Shown here one piece after another: positions 9,928 through 19,771 of a stretch of 64,000 nt of DNA. The position numbers and the translations under genes were made by a program. The notes beneath the pieces are model-generated. The model searched no databases, had not been told where the DNA came from, and was given only the letters and a program-made list of their open reading frames with translations. Source of the DNA: Actinomycetota bacterium (lineage in GTDB: Bacteria; Actinomycetota; Coriobacteriia; Anaerosomatales; JAUXNU01); the NCBI GenBank assembly GCA_030682655.1, contig JAUXNU010000151.1, forward strand, positions 22,196-86,195. The letters are read 5' to 3'. Positions within the stretch are counted from its first letter, which is position 1, and each line of letters starts with the position of its first letter.

Positions 9928-11640
9928 TCAGACACGCGCGCATGTGCCGTAGACCCGGATCAGTTCGCCGAGGTCGGGACCGGGCATCTCCAGGTGATAG
10001 CCCTGGCCGAGCGTGAATCCCGCGTCCCTCACTCCCTGCAGGAGACCCTCTGTCTCGACCCACGATGCGACCGCAGTGCGTCCCTGCGACTCGACCAGCG
10101 AGCGTACCGCAGTCACGAACTGGCGGCTCTCGCCGTTCGCCGACAGCTCCCGCACGATCGAACCGTCCAGCTTGACCTGGTCGAAGTCGAGCTCGCGCAG
10201 CAGCCCAAAGAGACCCAGTCCGGCGCCAAAGTCATCGAGCACGAACCGGCACCCGAGCGGGTGCAGCCGCTTGATCCAGTACCTGGCCGAGGCGAGATTC
10301 GCCACGACACACGACTCCGACATCTCAAACGCGATCCGACCAGGGTCGATGTTGCGACGTCGCAGTTCCTGCTCGACGAAACGCGGCAAGGACTCGTCGT
10401 CGAGATCGCCGCCGGCGATGTTCATCGACACGACCGCCGAAGGGTGATCGACGAGGGCTTGGAGCAACATCGCCACGACGATTCTCGTCAGTCGCGGCAT
10501 CAGTCCCAGGCGCTCGATCGTCGTGAGGAACTCCCCTGGCATCAAGAGCGAGCCGTCCGCGTCGATCATCCTCGCCAGCGACTCGAAGTATGCGACACGG
10601 CCGTCCGCAAGACGGATGACTGGCTGGTAGTAGAGCATGAAGCGCTTGTGGCCAAGGGCGTCCCTCACGCGACTCGCCATGCGCTCGCGATCCGTCGGTC
10701 CGGGCTCGTAGTCAGTGCGAAGCACGATCCTGTTGCGACCCGTCTCCTTGGCTTCGTACATCGCCGCGTCCGCTACGTCCACGAGCGCGCGCACGTCGAG
10801 CCTCCCGTCGACCGGCACAAGCCCCGCACTCATCCCGAGCTCATGACGGCGCGCCCCGGAAACGAAATCCTCCTCGGCGGCAGCGCGACGCATACGTTCT
10901 GAGATCTCCTGCGCCTCGTCGAGGGTCGTTCGCTCAAGAAGCACGGCGAACTCATCGCCTCCGATTCGTGCCAACAGATCGCCCGCACGAAGATGACGCT
11001 GCAACAGGAGCGAGAAGTTGATGAGCGCCTGGTCGCCTTCGAGGTGCCCGAGAGTGTCGTTGTAGCCCTTGAAGTTGTCGAGGTCGAGCAGAAGCAGCAT
11101 GCCCCCGTCGCCCCGTCGCGCCCGTTGGACCACCCGCTCAAGCGCATTGTCGAACATCCGCCGGTTGGGTAGCCCGGTCAGCGAATCATGGGTTGCCATG
11201 AACGCCAGCTGCTCCTCGCGCTGCCTGCGCTCCGTGAGATCCATGCACATGCCAAGGACACCCAATAGGCTGCCGTCAGGTCCGGCATACGGACAGCCGA
11301 AGCACGTGAGCCACCGGAACTGTCCATCTGACCGTCGCGCCTGGAACTCGGCGGTGAACGGCACCCGTGAACTGATGGCACGCTGGTACGCGTGACGCAA
11401 CGCGGAGCGGTCCTCGGCAAGCACGCTATCCAGCCAACCGTCGCCAAGCTGTCCGTCCATACCACGCCCGGTGAATTCGGTCCATGCCGCGTTGGCGTAC
11501 ATGAGACCGCCGGTCTCGCCGACCGCCCATGCGGGAAGTGGGAGACCCTCGAGAAACTCGTGGAACCCCCTGCCATGCGATGAGATGTTGCCGTCCGCGC
11601 GCTGTGCATCATGCCCTGCGGACGGTTGTTGGTCTTCCAT
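9928..11640 (-). CDS. PAS-GGDEF-EAL protein
   Basis: PAS/PAC; 'HDSLTGLPNR'; RAGD I-site and 'GGDEF'; EAL domain 'ESLAR', 'LDDFGAG', 'QGY'. ATG 11640 with RBS GGAG. Confidence 0.95.
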   Translation of the reverse strand: MEDQQPSAGHDAQRADGNISSHGRGFHEFLEGLPLPAWAVGETGGLMYANAAWTEFTGRGMDGQLGDGWLDSVLAEDRSALRHAYQRAISSRVPFTAEFQARRSDGQFRWLTCFGCPYAGPDGSLLGVLGMCMDLTERRQREEQLAFMATHDSLTGLPNRRMFDNALERVVQRARRGDGGMLLLLDLDNFKGYNDTLGHLEGDQALINFSLLLQRHLRAGDLLARIGGDEFAVLLERTTLDEAQEISERMRRAAAEEDFVSGARRHELGMSAGLVPVDGRLDVRALVDVADAAMYEAKETGRNRIVLRTDYEPGPTDRERMASRVRDALGHKRFMLYYQPVIRLADGRVAYFESLARMIDADGSLLMPGEFLTTIERLGLMPRLTRIVVAMLLQALVDHPSAVVSMNIAGGDLDDESLPRFVEQELRRRNIDPGRIAFEMSESCVVANLASARYWIKRLHPLGCRFVLDDFGAGLGLFGLLRELDFDQVKLDGSIVRELSANGESRQFVTAVRSLVESQGRTAVASWVETEGLLQGVRDAGFTLGQGYHLEMPGPDLGELIRVYGTCARV

Positions 11641-11768
11641 GAAATACGCACTCCCCCCGGGTGCCTCTCTCCGAGGTCTATCAGATGATTCCCTCATTTA
11701 CCAGCCCGTACACGATATTCCGGACGACAGACGGCCACGGCCTCTCCAACCGCAGGAATCGGGAAACA

Positions 11769-11797
11769 CGAAGGGTCCGGGAATCCCGGACCCTTCG
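11769..11797 (-). terminator. ssrA terminator hairpin
   Basis: Perfect 13-bp stem CGAAGGGTCCGGG/CCCGGACCCTTCG, 10 nt after the tmRNA CCA, followed by a short T run. Confidence 0.8.
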
Positions 11798-11807
11798 ACA
11801 TGTGGAC

Positions 11808-12461
11808 TGGTGGAGGCGCGGAGACCCGCTCCCCGACCTTTCGGTCGGACGTGGACTATTCCTTCTACCTGGAATGTCAGACCCCTCTGCTACCTTGATG
11901 GCATCAGTCGGGGTCTCCCGGGCAGGAGGGCGTTTGTGGAAGAACTCGAACACGACTTCTTCCACCCTAGTACACCGTGACCTCGCGGCCGTAGGTGCCT
12001 ATGAGTCTCTAGCCCGCTTACGCCTTTCGACTTCACGGGACGGCGTTGCCATAGCCTTGTCGGCCTTAGGTTTCACCGTTTGAGCCCTCTTTTCACCCGA
12101 CTGTTACCAGCCGGGGCGACCCTATTTGATCGAACTCCGGTCCACGACACACCCCTGGGAAGCATCTCCAGGCTCAGTCACCTGTTGGCATTCGGTCGAG
12201 CCGACGATCGGTGACCCACGTGGCTCTTCCTAGGTGATGAGGTTTCCCTCGCGGCCTATCACCGTCGGCCGTCCGGTAGTCCCCTGAATGACGTCGTTAC
12301 CGGTAGCGGGGACGCCTACCGGGCGACGTCGCTGCGCTATTTAGGCAGCGAGTGCATAATTATTGTCGACGCTTGAAGGCGTCTTGCCCCTGTTTAACGA
12401 GGTAAGGCGACCTCGGCCTGCTTCTTCCCTCAGACGTATCGTGTCGAAACCAGTCGCCCCC
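11808..12461 (-). ncRNA. ssrA: tmRNA, split by an intron (exon 1 12461-12129, exon 2 11824-11808; about 350 nt spliced)
   Basis: 5' GGGGGCG pairs with 3' CGCCUCC-A-CCA including G3:U70; tag (A)VDNNYALAA* at about 12372-12343; spliced T-arm CGGAG-UUCGAUU-CUCCG; lies directly downstream of smpB. Confidence 0.97.
11825..12128 (-). mobile_element. Group I self-splicing intron (IA-like, 304 nt, no ORF) in the tmRNA T-loop
   Basis: 5' splice after U with P1 CGAU|C/GGUCG (U:G wobble); terminal omega-G; P2 with GUAA loop; P3 GAGGGC/GCCCUC; P6 CCCG/CGGG; P7 GAGACU/AGUCC; two extra helices between P7 and P3; P9 CCGACC-GAAA-GGUCGG. Confidence 0.92.
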
Positions 12462-12582
12462 ACATGTGGCGGCACGAACGACATTGTCAAAGTGCACACG
12501 GCGTGTGCCGCGTGAGTGAGTATACCCCGGGAAGCATCAACTGCGCCTGAGAATCGGGCCGCCGGGCCGATGGGTGGGCCCG

Positions 12583-13050
12583 CTAGCCCTTCTGGCGCTC
12601 TCGCAGAGCGCGCTCGGTGTCGCGCTTCTGATCGCGCTCGGCGATGGTCGCACGCTTGTCGTACAGTTTCTTGCCCCGCGCAAGTCCGAGTTCGACCTTC
12701 ACCAGATTCGACTCGTTCAGATAGATTCTCACGGGCACAAGCGTGACGCCCTTCTCCTTCACATGGCCAAGGAGATAGCGGATCTCCTTCTTGTGCAGCA
12801 ACAGCTTGCGCGGCCTGTTGGTGTCGACATTCGCCCTGTTGCCGTGGCTGTACGGCGCGATGTGTACGTTGTGCAGCCACACCTCGGCCTGGCGCACGGT
12901 TGCGAAGGACTCGCGCAGCGAGGCGCCGTTGGCGCGCAGGGACTTGACCTCGGTGCCGGTAAGCACGATGCCTGTCTCGAAGACCTCGTCGATGAAGTAG
13001 TCATGACGGGCCTTCTTGTTGTTGGCTATGTTCTTCTCTTGACGCGGCAT
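12583..13050 (-). CDS. smpB: SsrA-binding protein
   Basis: 'NKKARHDYFI.EVFETGIVLTGTEVKSLR', 'RKLLLHKKEI', 'GKKLYDKR'. Confidence 0.98.
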   Translation of the reverse strand: MPRQEKNIANNKKARHDYFIDEVFETGIVLTGTEVKSLRANGASLRESFATVRQAEVWLHNVHIAPYSHGNRANVDTNRPRKLLLHKKEIRYLLGHVKEKGVTLVPVRIYLNESNLVKVELGLARGKKLYDKRATIAERDQKRDTERALRERQKG

Positions 13051-13150
13051 AGGACGATGCTTCCGGGACGGAGGACGAGTCGGTTGTGCATCCAACATTC
13101 TACCCTGACCGTCCGCAGCGACAGCCCGCAGCACGATATCGATACGCGCG

Positions 13151-14212
13151 CTACGGCGTGAAGTCGGTGTCCGGCTCGAGACGTCGCACAAAGGCAGCGA
13201 GCAGCTTCGCGGCGTTCTCGAGATCGTTCAGGTTGAGAACCTCGCTCGGCGTGTGCATGTAGCGGAGCGGGACACTCACCAGGCCTGCGGCTTTGCCTCC
13301 GCGCGAGAGCTGGATGGCGTTGGCGTCCGTGCCTGTTCCGCGCGGCTCGCCGTTGATCTGGTACGGGATCTTCGCGGACTCCGCCGCCTCCACGAGCAGC
13401 TCGAAGACTTTTGGATTGACGTTGGCGCCGCGCGTGATGATGGGGCCGAAGCCGCACTTCGCCTCGCCGTACCTGCGCTTGTCCACGTCTGGGTAGTCGG
13501 TCGCGTGACCGACTTCGATCGCGATGCCCACGACCGGATCGATCCCGTACGCAGAAGTCGTCCCGCCGCGTAGACCGATCTCCTCTTGCACGGTGGCCGC
13601 GGCGATAGCGTCGCCCTTCGCGCCGCCCGCTTTCTTCACGAGCCGCAACACCTCTGCGGCTGCCCAGGCACCCATCTTGTCGTCGAACGCCCGCGACACG
13701 GCCATGTCCGTCCCGAACAGCTCGAGACCGACATCGAACGTGATCGGATCGCCGATACGCAGACGCTTCTTGACCTCGTCTCCGGGAAGCCCGAGGTCGA
13801 TGAACATCTTGTGCATCTTCGTGACCTGCTTTTGCTCGTCTTCTTCGAGCAGGTGGATCGGCATGCGCCCAAGCACGCCGAGAAGCGGGCCTTCCTTGGC
13901 ATGTACTCGGACGCGCTTGCCGGGCAGTAGGTGTGCGTCGATGCCTCCCACAGCTTTGAAGGCGGCGAAGCCGTCGTCCGTGATGTAGGTGACCATGAGG
14001 CCCACTTCGTCGATATGACCGGCCAACATGACGGAGGGACCACCCGCGCTTCCGCGCAGGACCGCATGGACCGAGCCCATCACATTCGTGGTGACCTCGT
14101 CGGCGAGCGGAGTGACGTAGTCGCGGAAGACCGCAGCTGCAGGCTGCTCGTAGCCGGACGGCGAAGGGGCTTCGACAAGCTTGCGCAGGAAGTCGAGCGA
14201 CTGGGAACGCAT
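13151..14212 (-). CDS. M42-family aminopeptidase
   Basis: 'AGHIDEVG', 'RAFDDKMG', 'TVQEEIGLRG', 'GTGTDA', 'PLRYMHTPSE'. Confidence 0.95.
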   Translation of the reverse strand: MRSQSLDFLRKLVEAPSPSGYEQPAAAVFRDYVTPLADEVTTNVMGSVHAVLRGSAGGPSVMLAGHIDEVGLMVTYITDDGFAAFKAVGGIDAHLLPGKRVRVHAKEGPLLGVLGRMPIHLLEEDEQKQVTKMHKMFIDLGLPGDEVKKRLRIGDPITFDVGLELFGTDMAVSRAFDDKMGAWAAAEVLRLVKKAGGAKGDAIAAATVQEEIGLRGGTTSAYGIDPVVGIAIEVGHATDYPDVDKRRYGEAKCGFGPIITRGANVNPKVFELLVEAAESAKIPYQINGEPRGTGTDANAIQLSRGGKAAGLVSVPLRYMHTPSEVLNLNDLENAAKLLAAFVRRLEPDTDFTP

Positions 14213-14293
14213 GGGGTATCTCCTTCTGGGGTAATCGTGGTGACTCACACGACAGCATACGCGAAGAATCCGACATCGGCAGCCGACCGGTGC

Positions 14294-16234
14294 CTACGCG
14301 AGTTCCATGTCGATGCGCCCTTCGGCGACGCTCACGTTGAGGATGCGCACCTGCACGCGCTGTCCCAAACGGTAGGTGCGCCTGTGGTCCTCTCCGATGA
14401 GCATGAAGTGCTCCGCATCGAGTCGGTAGTAGTCGTCGGTCATCGCCTGGACGTGTACAAGACCCTCGGCGGTGTTGTCGAGCTGGATGAACAGGCCGAA
14501 GGACTGCGCGCCGGTGATGATGCCCTCGAAGACCTCGCCGAGGTGCTCGCCCATGAGCTGCGTGAGCTTCACGCGAACCGACTCGTCCTCGGCGGACTCA
14601 GCCTCCCGTTCCATCTGAGAGCAGTGATCCGTGAGCCACTCGAGCTCCTCGGCCATCGAGGCTGTCGGCTCGTCATCGAGCGCGGCAGTGAGCTGCGCGC
14701 GCAGGAGACGGTGCACGATCAGGTCCGGGTAGCGGCGGATCGGGCTTGTGAAGTGCGTGTACGCCTGGCTCGCGAGGCCAAAGTGCGGCGCCAGGTAGTC
14801 GACGTATCGCGCGCGCTGGAGCGCCCGCAGCATGAGCGAGTTGATGAGCAGAGCCTCGGGGCGGCCTTGCGAGAATGCGATGATCTTCTGGAAGGTCTGC
14901 GGCGATGCGCCGTGCACGTCCTGGATGGGGTAGTCGAACTCCTTGAGGATGACCGCGACCTGCGCGAGCGCGTCGGGGTCGGGATCCTCGTGGGTGCGGA
15001 AGACCATGGGGGCGCCGGCGCCGGCCATGTGACGCGCCACCGTCTCGTTTGCGAGAATCATGGCCTCTTCGATCATGTTCGTGGCCTGGGTCCGCTTGCG
15101 CAGTATGACCTCTACGGGTGTGATGTTGTCCTCGGCGAGCTTGACCTTCGCCTCGACCGTCTCGAAGTCGAGTCCTCCGCGCGCGACCCGACGCTCACCG
15201 ATGAGACCAGCGACGCGGGCGAACTCACGCAGCACCGGCTCGCTCTCCGCATCCGGGAACGGTGCTTCGCCCTCGAGCCAGCTGCGAACCTCGTCGTAGT
15301 TGAAGCGCCGATTGGAGCGCATGACCGAGGGGAAGAGCCGATACGACCGCACCGCGCCGTGCCGGTCGAGATCCATGACGACCGAGAACGACACGCGGTC
15401 CTCGCCGGGATTGAGCGAGCAGATGTTGTTGGAGAGCTCCTCGGGCAGCATCGGGAGGACCCGATCGACGAGGTAGACCGACGTGGCCCGCTTGCGCGCC
15501 TCGCGGTCGAGCCACGAGTCCCACGGCACGTAGTGACTGACATCGGCGATATGCACGCCGAGTCGCGTTCCGCCCTCGATGCGCTCGATGGTGATGGCGT
15601 CGTCGAAGTCGCGCGCGTCCACCGGGTCGATCGTGATCGTGAACCAGTCGCGGACGTCCTCCCGAAGCGACTCGGCAAGCGCCGCTTCGACATCGAGACG
15701 CGCGGCGGCGGCCTCCTCGGCCACCTCGGGCGGGAACTCGGTCCGCAGGCCATGCTGCCGGATGATGATCTCGATCTCGAGCCCCGGAGTACCTTCCTGG
15801 CCAAGGACCTCCTCGACGACCCCCTGAGCAGACTGGGACCGCGACGGATACGCGGTGAGCCGCACCACCACGATGTCGCCGGTCCTGGCACCGCCCTTGT
15901 CCTGCGACGCCACGAACACGTCATGCCGGATCCGTGCGTCGGTGGGAACGACCACGCCGATGCGACCGGAAAGCTCGAAGCGGCCCACAAGGGTCTCGTT
16001 GGAGCGCTCGACGACCTTCACGACAACGCCCGATCGTCCCATGCGGCCGTGCCCGGCCTGCGTCCGGACGCTGACGATGTCGCGGTGCATCGCTCCACGC
16101 ACGTCCCGGGAAGCGATGTACACGTCGCCCTCGGGCGCCTCCACGAACCCGTAGCCCTTGCGATTCATGGTTATGCGGCCAACGACCAACCCACTCTGGC
16201 GTGCCTTCTTGAGGTGCTTGTCTCGTCGGCCCAC
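14294..16234 (-). CDS. rnr: Ribonuclease R
   Basis: Cold-shock domains; RNB 'TIDPVDARDFDDA'; 'YTHFTSPIRRYPDL'; C-terminal S1 domain. Confidence 0.95.
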   Translation of the reverse strand: MGRRDKHLKKARQSGLVVGRITMNRKGYGFVEAPEGDVYIASRDVRGAMHRDIVSVRTQAGHGRMGRSGVVVKVVERSNETLVGRFELSGRIGVVVPTDARIRHDVFVASQDKGGARTGDIVVVRLTAYPSRSQSAQGVVEEVLGQEGTPGLEIEIIIRQHGLRTEFPPEVAEEAAAARLDVEAALAESLREDVRDWFTITIDPVDARDFDDAITIERIEGGTRLGVHIADVSHYVPWDSWLDREARKRATSVYLVDRVLPMLPEELSNNICSLNPGEDRVSFSVVMDLDRHGAVRSYRLFPSVMRSNRRFNYDEVRSWLEGEAPFPDAESEPVLREFARVAGLIGERRVARGGLDFETVEAKVKLAEDNITPVEVILRKRTQATNMIEEAMILANETVARHMAGAGAPMVFRTHEDPDPDALAQVAVILKEFDYPIQDVHGASPQTFQKIIAFSQGRPEALLINSLMLRALQRARYVDYLAPHFGLASQAYTHFTSPIRRYPDLIVHRLLRAQLTAALDDEPTASMAEELEWLTDHCSQMEREAESAEDESVRVKLTQLMGEHLGEVFEGIITGAQSFGLFIQLDNTAEGLVHVQAMTDDYYRLDAEHFMLIGEDHRRTYRLGQRVQVRILNVSVAEGRIDMELA

Positions 16235-16353
16235 GTGCTCCCCCTTCGCAAGTCATCCAGTGCGAGACTACCGCAAGATGGCCCGCGCGGGCAGGAGCAA
16301 CGGGTGGTACTATCGAAACACCCCACAAGCGTCCACCGAACCGGGAGTTTTGT

Positions 16354-16776
16354 ATGGATCACAACCGACCACTTGCACCATGCCTCATCGGGAACGGTAC
16401 GCTGACGAATCCCCGCGACATGATTCGCGCCCTCGAAACACTTGAGGCGCTCGACTACGAGTATGAGATCGACGGACAGACCGTCGCCGAGGGGAGCGCA
16501 ACTCTCGTCAAGCTGATGGCTGACGGAGACTCCGCGACTCTCGCCGTGAACGGGTGTCTCTTCCTGAACGTCGCGAGCTTCCGCTATCTCGATTTCTGCG
16601 TCGAGGGCGACGTCGCGGTGATGCGGCTGTTCGGAGATGGCACGACGCTCACCTTGCGCTCAGACGCCGACGCAGAGAACGCCATCGTGGCACGCGGACA
16701 GCTGCGTTTGCTCGAAGAGTCACCGTTCGACCTCGCGTCTTTCGTCATCATGGACGACGAGGACGACGAGGACTGA
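16354..16776 (+). CDS. Hypothetical protein with an acidic C-terminus
   Basis: RBS GGGAG before ATG; host-like codon usage; fills the rnr-ctpA gap; ends MDDEDDED. Confidence 0.75.
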   Translation: MDHNRPLAPCLIGNGTLTNPRDMIRALETLEALDYEYEIDGQTVAEGSATLVKLMADGDSATLAVNGCLFLNVASFRYLDFCVEGDVAVMRLFGDGTTLTLRSDADAENAIVARGQLRLLEESPFDLASFVIMDDEDDED

Positions 16777-16788
16777 CTCAGGTCCGCG

Positions 16789-17973
16789 CTAGAACTCGCT
16801 CGCAACGATCTCAAGGGCCTTCCTCAGTTGTGTGTCAGTTTTCGGATCGGCCTGCTTCTTCGCCTCCATCTTCACTTCGATGTCAGGCGACAGGCCCACC
16901 TTGTCGATCACACGCTTCTTGGGCGTGAGGTAGTGCGCGATGGTGAACTTCACCCCACCGCCGAAGGACAGCCTCTCGACGGTCTGAACACTCCCCTTGC
17001 CGAAGCTCTTCTCGCCCACGAGCTTCGCCCGGCCGTAGTCCTGTAGGGCACCGGCGACGATCTCGCTCGCCGATGCCGAGTTGCCGTTGACGAGCACGAC
17101 TAGCGGCTTGTCGGTGGTCATGTCCCCGGTCGCCCGATGCTCGACTTCCGCACGATTGCGCTCGTCGACGCGGACGATCACGCCGTCCTTCACGAACAGC
17201 GACGATATGTCGACTGCGGACTGGAGGAGCCCACCCGGGTTGTCGCGCAGGTCGAGCACGAAGCCCTTTGCGCCCTGCTTCTCGAGATCCTCGATCGCCT
17301 TCTGGACCTCCTCGGCGGAACGCATGTTGAAGCCAAGGAGACGCAGGTATCCAACGTCGCCTTCCATGCGGGTCATGAGATCAGGGATTGCGATCTTCTG
17401 GCGCACGATGTCGAACGTGAGCTTCTTATCCGTCTCGGGTCTGTACATCTCAACTGTCACAGTCGAGCCTTCGGGACCACGGATGCGTTTCACGACCTCG
17501 TCGACTGCCCACTCGGCACGCGTCACACCATCGATGCTGACGATCTCGTCATCGGGCTGGACACCGGCCTCCTCGGCCGGGGTGCCTTTGATGACCGACA
17601 CCACGTACACGGCGCCGTCGCGCTCGGCGATGGTGACGCCGATTCCGTGGAACTCGCCGTCCGTCTGCTCGTTGAAGTAGCGGAAATGGTCGGGGTTGAA
17701 GTACATCGCGTACGGGTCGCCGAGAGAGTCCAGCAGACCCGAGATCGCGCCGGCGGTCCTGGATTCCTCGCTGGACGGCTCGAGTGCTTCGAAGTCAAGC
17801 AACCGCTCGGCCTCTTCGATCTTCTCGCCAAGTGAGGACTGCTGCGGCTGCACCCCAAAGACCTCGGGCCAGGTCGGTACCGCTCGGTCAAAGACCACCC
17901 CGCCGGCGAACGCGGAGGTAGCGATGACAAGCGCGAGCACGACCGACAGGACGACACGCATTATGCGGCTCAT
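16789..17973 (-). CDS. ctpA: S41 carboxy-terminal processing protease (PDZ)
   Basis: 'LGDPYAMY', PDZ domain, 'LDLRDNPGGLL', 'SASASEIVAGALQD', 'GEKSFGKGSVQ'. Confidence 0.93.
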   Translation of the reverse strand: MSRIMRVVLSVVLALVIATSAFAGGVVFDRAVPTWPEVFGVQPQQSSLGEKIEEAERLLDFEALEPSSEESRTAGAISGLLDSLGDPYAMYFNPDHFRYFNEQTDGEFHGIGVTIAERDGAVYVVSVIKGTPAEEAGVQPDDEIVSIDGVTRAEWAVDEVVKRIRGPEGSTVTVEMYRPETDKKLTFDIVRQKIAIPDLMTRMEGDVGYLRLLGFNMRSAEEVQKAIEDLEKQGAKGFVLDLRDNPGGLLQSAVDISSLFVKDGVIVRVDERNRAEVEHRATGDMTTDKPLVVLVNGNSASASEIVAGALQDYGRAKLVGEKSFGKGSVQTVERLSFGGGVKFTIAHYLTPKKRVIDKVGLSPDIEVKMEAKKQADPKTDTQLRKALEIVASEF

Positions 17974-18017
17974 TGGTGTGAGACTCCTTGGACGGCGTCG
18001 CGCGTTGTGGGGCGGCG

Positions 18018-18932
18018 CTAGACTTTCAGATACCTCCGAAGTGCAAAACCTGAGCCAGCCAGGCCGATGAGCACTCCCGCACCGACAAGGATCAGAGAGA
18101 TCTGAGCGATCGTCCCGCCCGTGACGTCGACCGGCAGGAATGGCAGCGCCTCACGCAAACGGGGCATGATCGCCGCCTGCAATGTGAGTACCGTTAGTAT
18201 CGCCATCGTCGCGCCGATGAGGCTCTGAATCACGCCTTCCATTAGGAAGGGGGTGCGGATGAACCAGTTCGACGCACCCACGAGTCGCATGATTCCTATC
18301 TCCTTGCGACGCGCGTAGATGGCCAGACGGATGGTGTTGTTGATGAAGATGAGGCTGACGACAGCGAGCATCGCGATGAAGACGATCTCGACGATACGGA
18401 TGACATTGGTGAACGCGAAGAGCTTGTTCACGACCTGCTGTCCGTACTTCAGCGACTCCTCCGGATCATCGGGCCTGTCTGCGACCTTCACGAACAAGCC
18501 GTTGGCCTTGATTCTGGCGACCATGCTCTCGACCTCGCGAGGGTCCTTGAGTGTCACGTCGAGGGAGGCCGGCAACGGGTTTTCCTCGAGCTGGTCCAAG
18601 ATCTCGGGGCTCTGTGCCATCTGCTCCCTGAACTTGTCCAGTGCTTCCTCTTTGGTGGTGTAGTTGACGCCCTCGGCGAGTTCGTCCGAGGAGAGCCACT
18701 GCTGGAGAGTCTGCACGTCTTCGGTTGCCGCACCGTCCTTGATGAAGATCTGGATGGTCACCTTGTCTTCCACGGATTGCACGATGTCGGTGACGATGTA
18801 GCCGGTCGCAAGCGAGACGCCGACCAGCAGAAGCGACAGGTAGATCGTGATCACGGCACCGAGACTCATGACCCAGTTGCGCTTGAAGTTCTGAACAGAC
18901 TCCCTGAGGAAGTATCCTGCGTTAGTCGCCAT
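18018..18932 (-). CDS. ftsX: Cell-division permease FtsX
   Basis: '[35 protein letters not shown]'. Confidence 0.97.
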   Translation of the reverse strand: MATNAGYFLRESVQNFKRNWVMSLGAVITIYLSLLLVGVSLATGYIVTDIVQSVEDKVTIQIFIKDGAATEDVQTLQQWLSSDELAEGVNYTTKEEALDKFREQMAQSPEILDQLEENPLPASLDVTLKDPREVESMVARIKANGLFVKVADRPDDPEESLKYGQQVVNKLFAFTNVIRIVEIVFIAMLAVVSLIFINNTIRLAIYARRKEIGIMRLVGASNWFIRTPFLMEGVIQSLIGATMAILTVLTLQAAIMPRLREALPFLPVDVTGGTIAQISLILVGAGVLIGLAGSGFALRRYLKV

Positions 18933-19617
18933 AGCCGTATACTCCCCGGTTCTGATCTCGAATGACGCGACCGCCCTCGAGGGCGATCACGCGCTTGCGC
19001 ATGGAATCGACCATCTCGCGGTCGTGGGTAGCTACCAGCACGGTCGTGCCGGTCTTGTTGATCCGGTTGAGCAGACTCATGATCCCGAGCGACGTGGCAG
19101 GGTCGAGGTTACCTGTCGGCTCATCGGCCAAAAGCAGCGGGGGTCGGTTGACGAACGCTCGCGCGATCGAAACTCGCTGCTGTTCCCCGCCCGAGAGCTC
19201 GTCGGGATAGCTCTCCATCTTGTCCTCGAGGCCGACGAGACGCAGTACTTCTGGGACCTGCGTGCGGATAACGTGCCTCGACCTGCCGATGACCTCAAGC
19301 GCGAATGCGACGTTCTCGTAGGACGTCTTGTTGGGAAGCAGCTTGAAGTCCTGGAACACGCAGCCTATGTTGCGCCGCAGGTACGGGATCTTCCATCTCT
19401 TGAGCCGAATGAGATCCTGGTCGGCAACGACGATCTGCCCGCGCGTGGGCATGATCTCCCTAAGCAACAGCTTGATGAAGGTCGACTTGCCTGATCCGGA
19501 GTGACCGACAAGGAAGACGAATTCGCCTCGTTCGATCTCAACATCGATGTCTGCAAGAGCAGGCTTGTCGGCTGAGTACTGTTTCTCAACGCCGCGCATG
19601 CTGATCATGTGGCGCAT
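18922..19617 (-). CDS. ftsE: Cell-division ATPase FtsE
   Basis: Walker A 'GHSGSGKST', 'VFQDFKLL', 'LSGGEQQRV', overlaps ftsX. Confidence 0.97.
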   Translation of the reverse strand: MRHMISMRGVEKQYSADKPALADIDVEIERGEFVFLVGHSGSGKSTFIKLLLREIMPTRGQIVVADQDLIRLKRWKIPYLRRNIGCVFQDFKLLPNKTSYENVAFALEVIGRSRHVIRTQVPEVLRLVGLEDKMESYPDELSGGEQQRVSIARAFVNRPPLLLADEPTGNLDPATSLGIMSLLNRINKTGTTVLVATHDREMVDSMRKRVIALEGGRVIRDQNRGVYGYGD

Positions 19618-19771
19618 CGCTTTCTACGGGTGGCATCACGGAGGGCCTGTACGAGACCCCGATGGCCAATCTTAGCAAATACCCCACCGGAAGAGTGGGG
19701 CGCAAGAGGAGGCTACGGCAACCGGCACGTAATCTCCACAACCCTGCGCTGCTAGGCGCACGCTGCCGCGG

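Noticed and set aside
11641-11768. c-di-GMP riboswitch upstream of the GGDEF-EAL gene
   Set aside because: No class I (GEMM) or class II consensus is visible.
11808-11824. TCTCCGCGCCTCCACCA as a tRNA 3' fragment or prophage att duplication
   Set aside because: It is the only 3' end of the tmRNA (exon 2). There is no duplication and no integrase nearby.
11681-11965. ORF-track 94-aa ORF overlapping the intron and tmRNA 3' end (possible homing endonuclease)
   Set aside because: No LAGLIDADG, HNH or GIY-YIG motif. It runs through P7-P9, exon 2 and the terminator, so it is a shadow frame.
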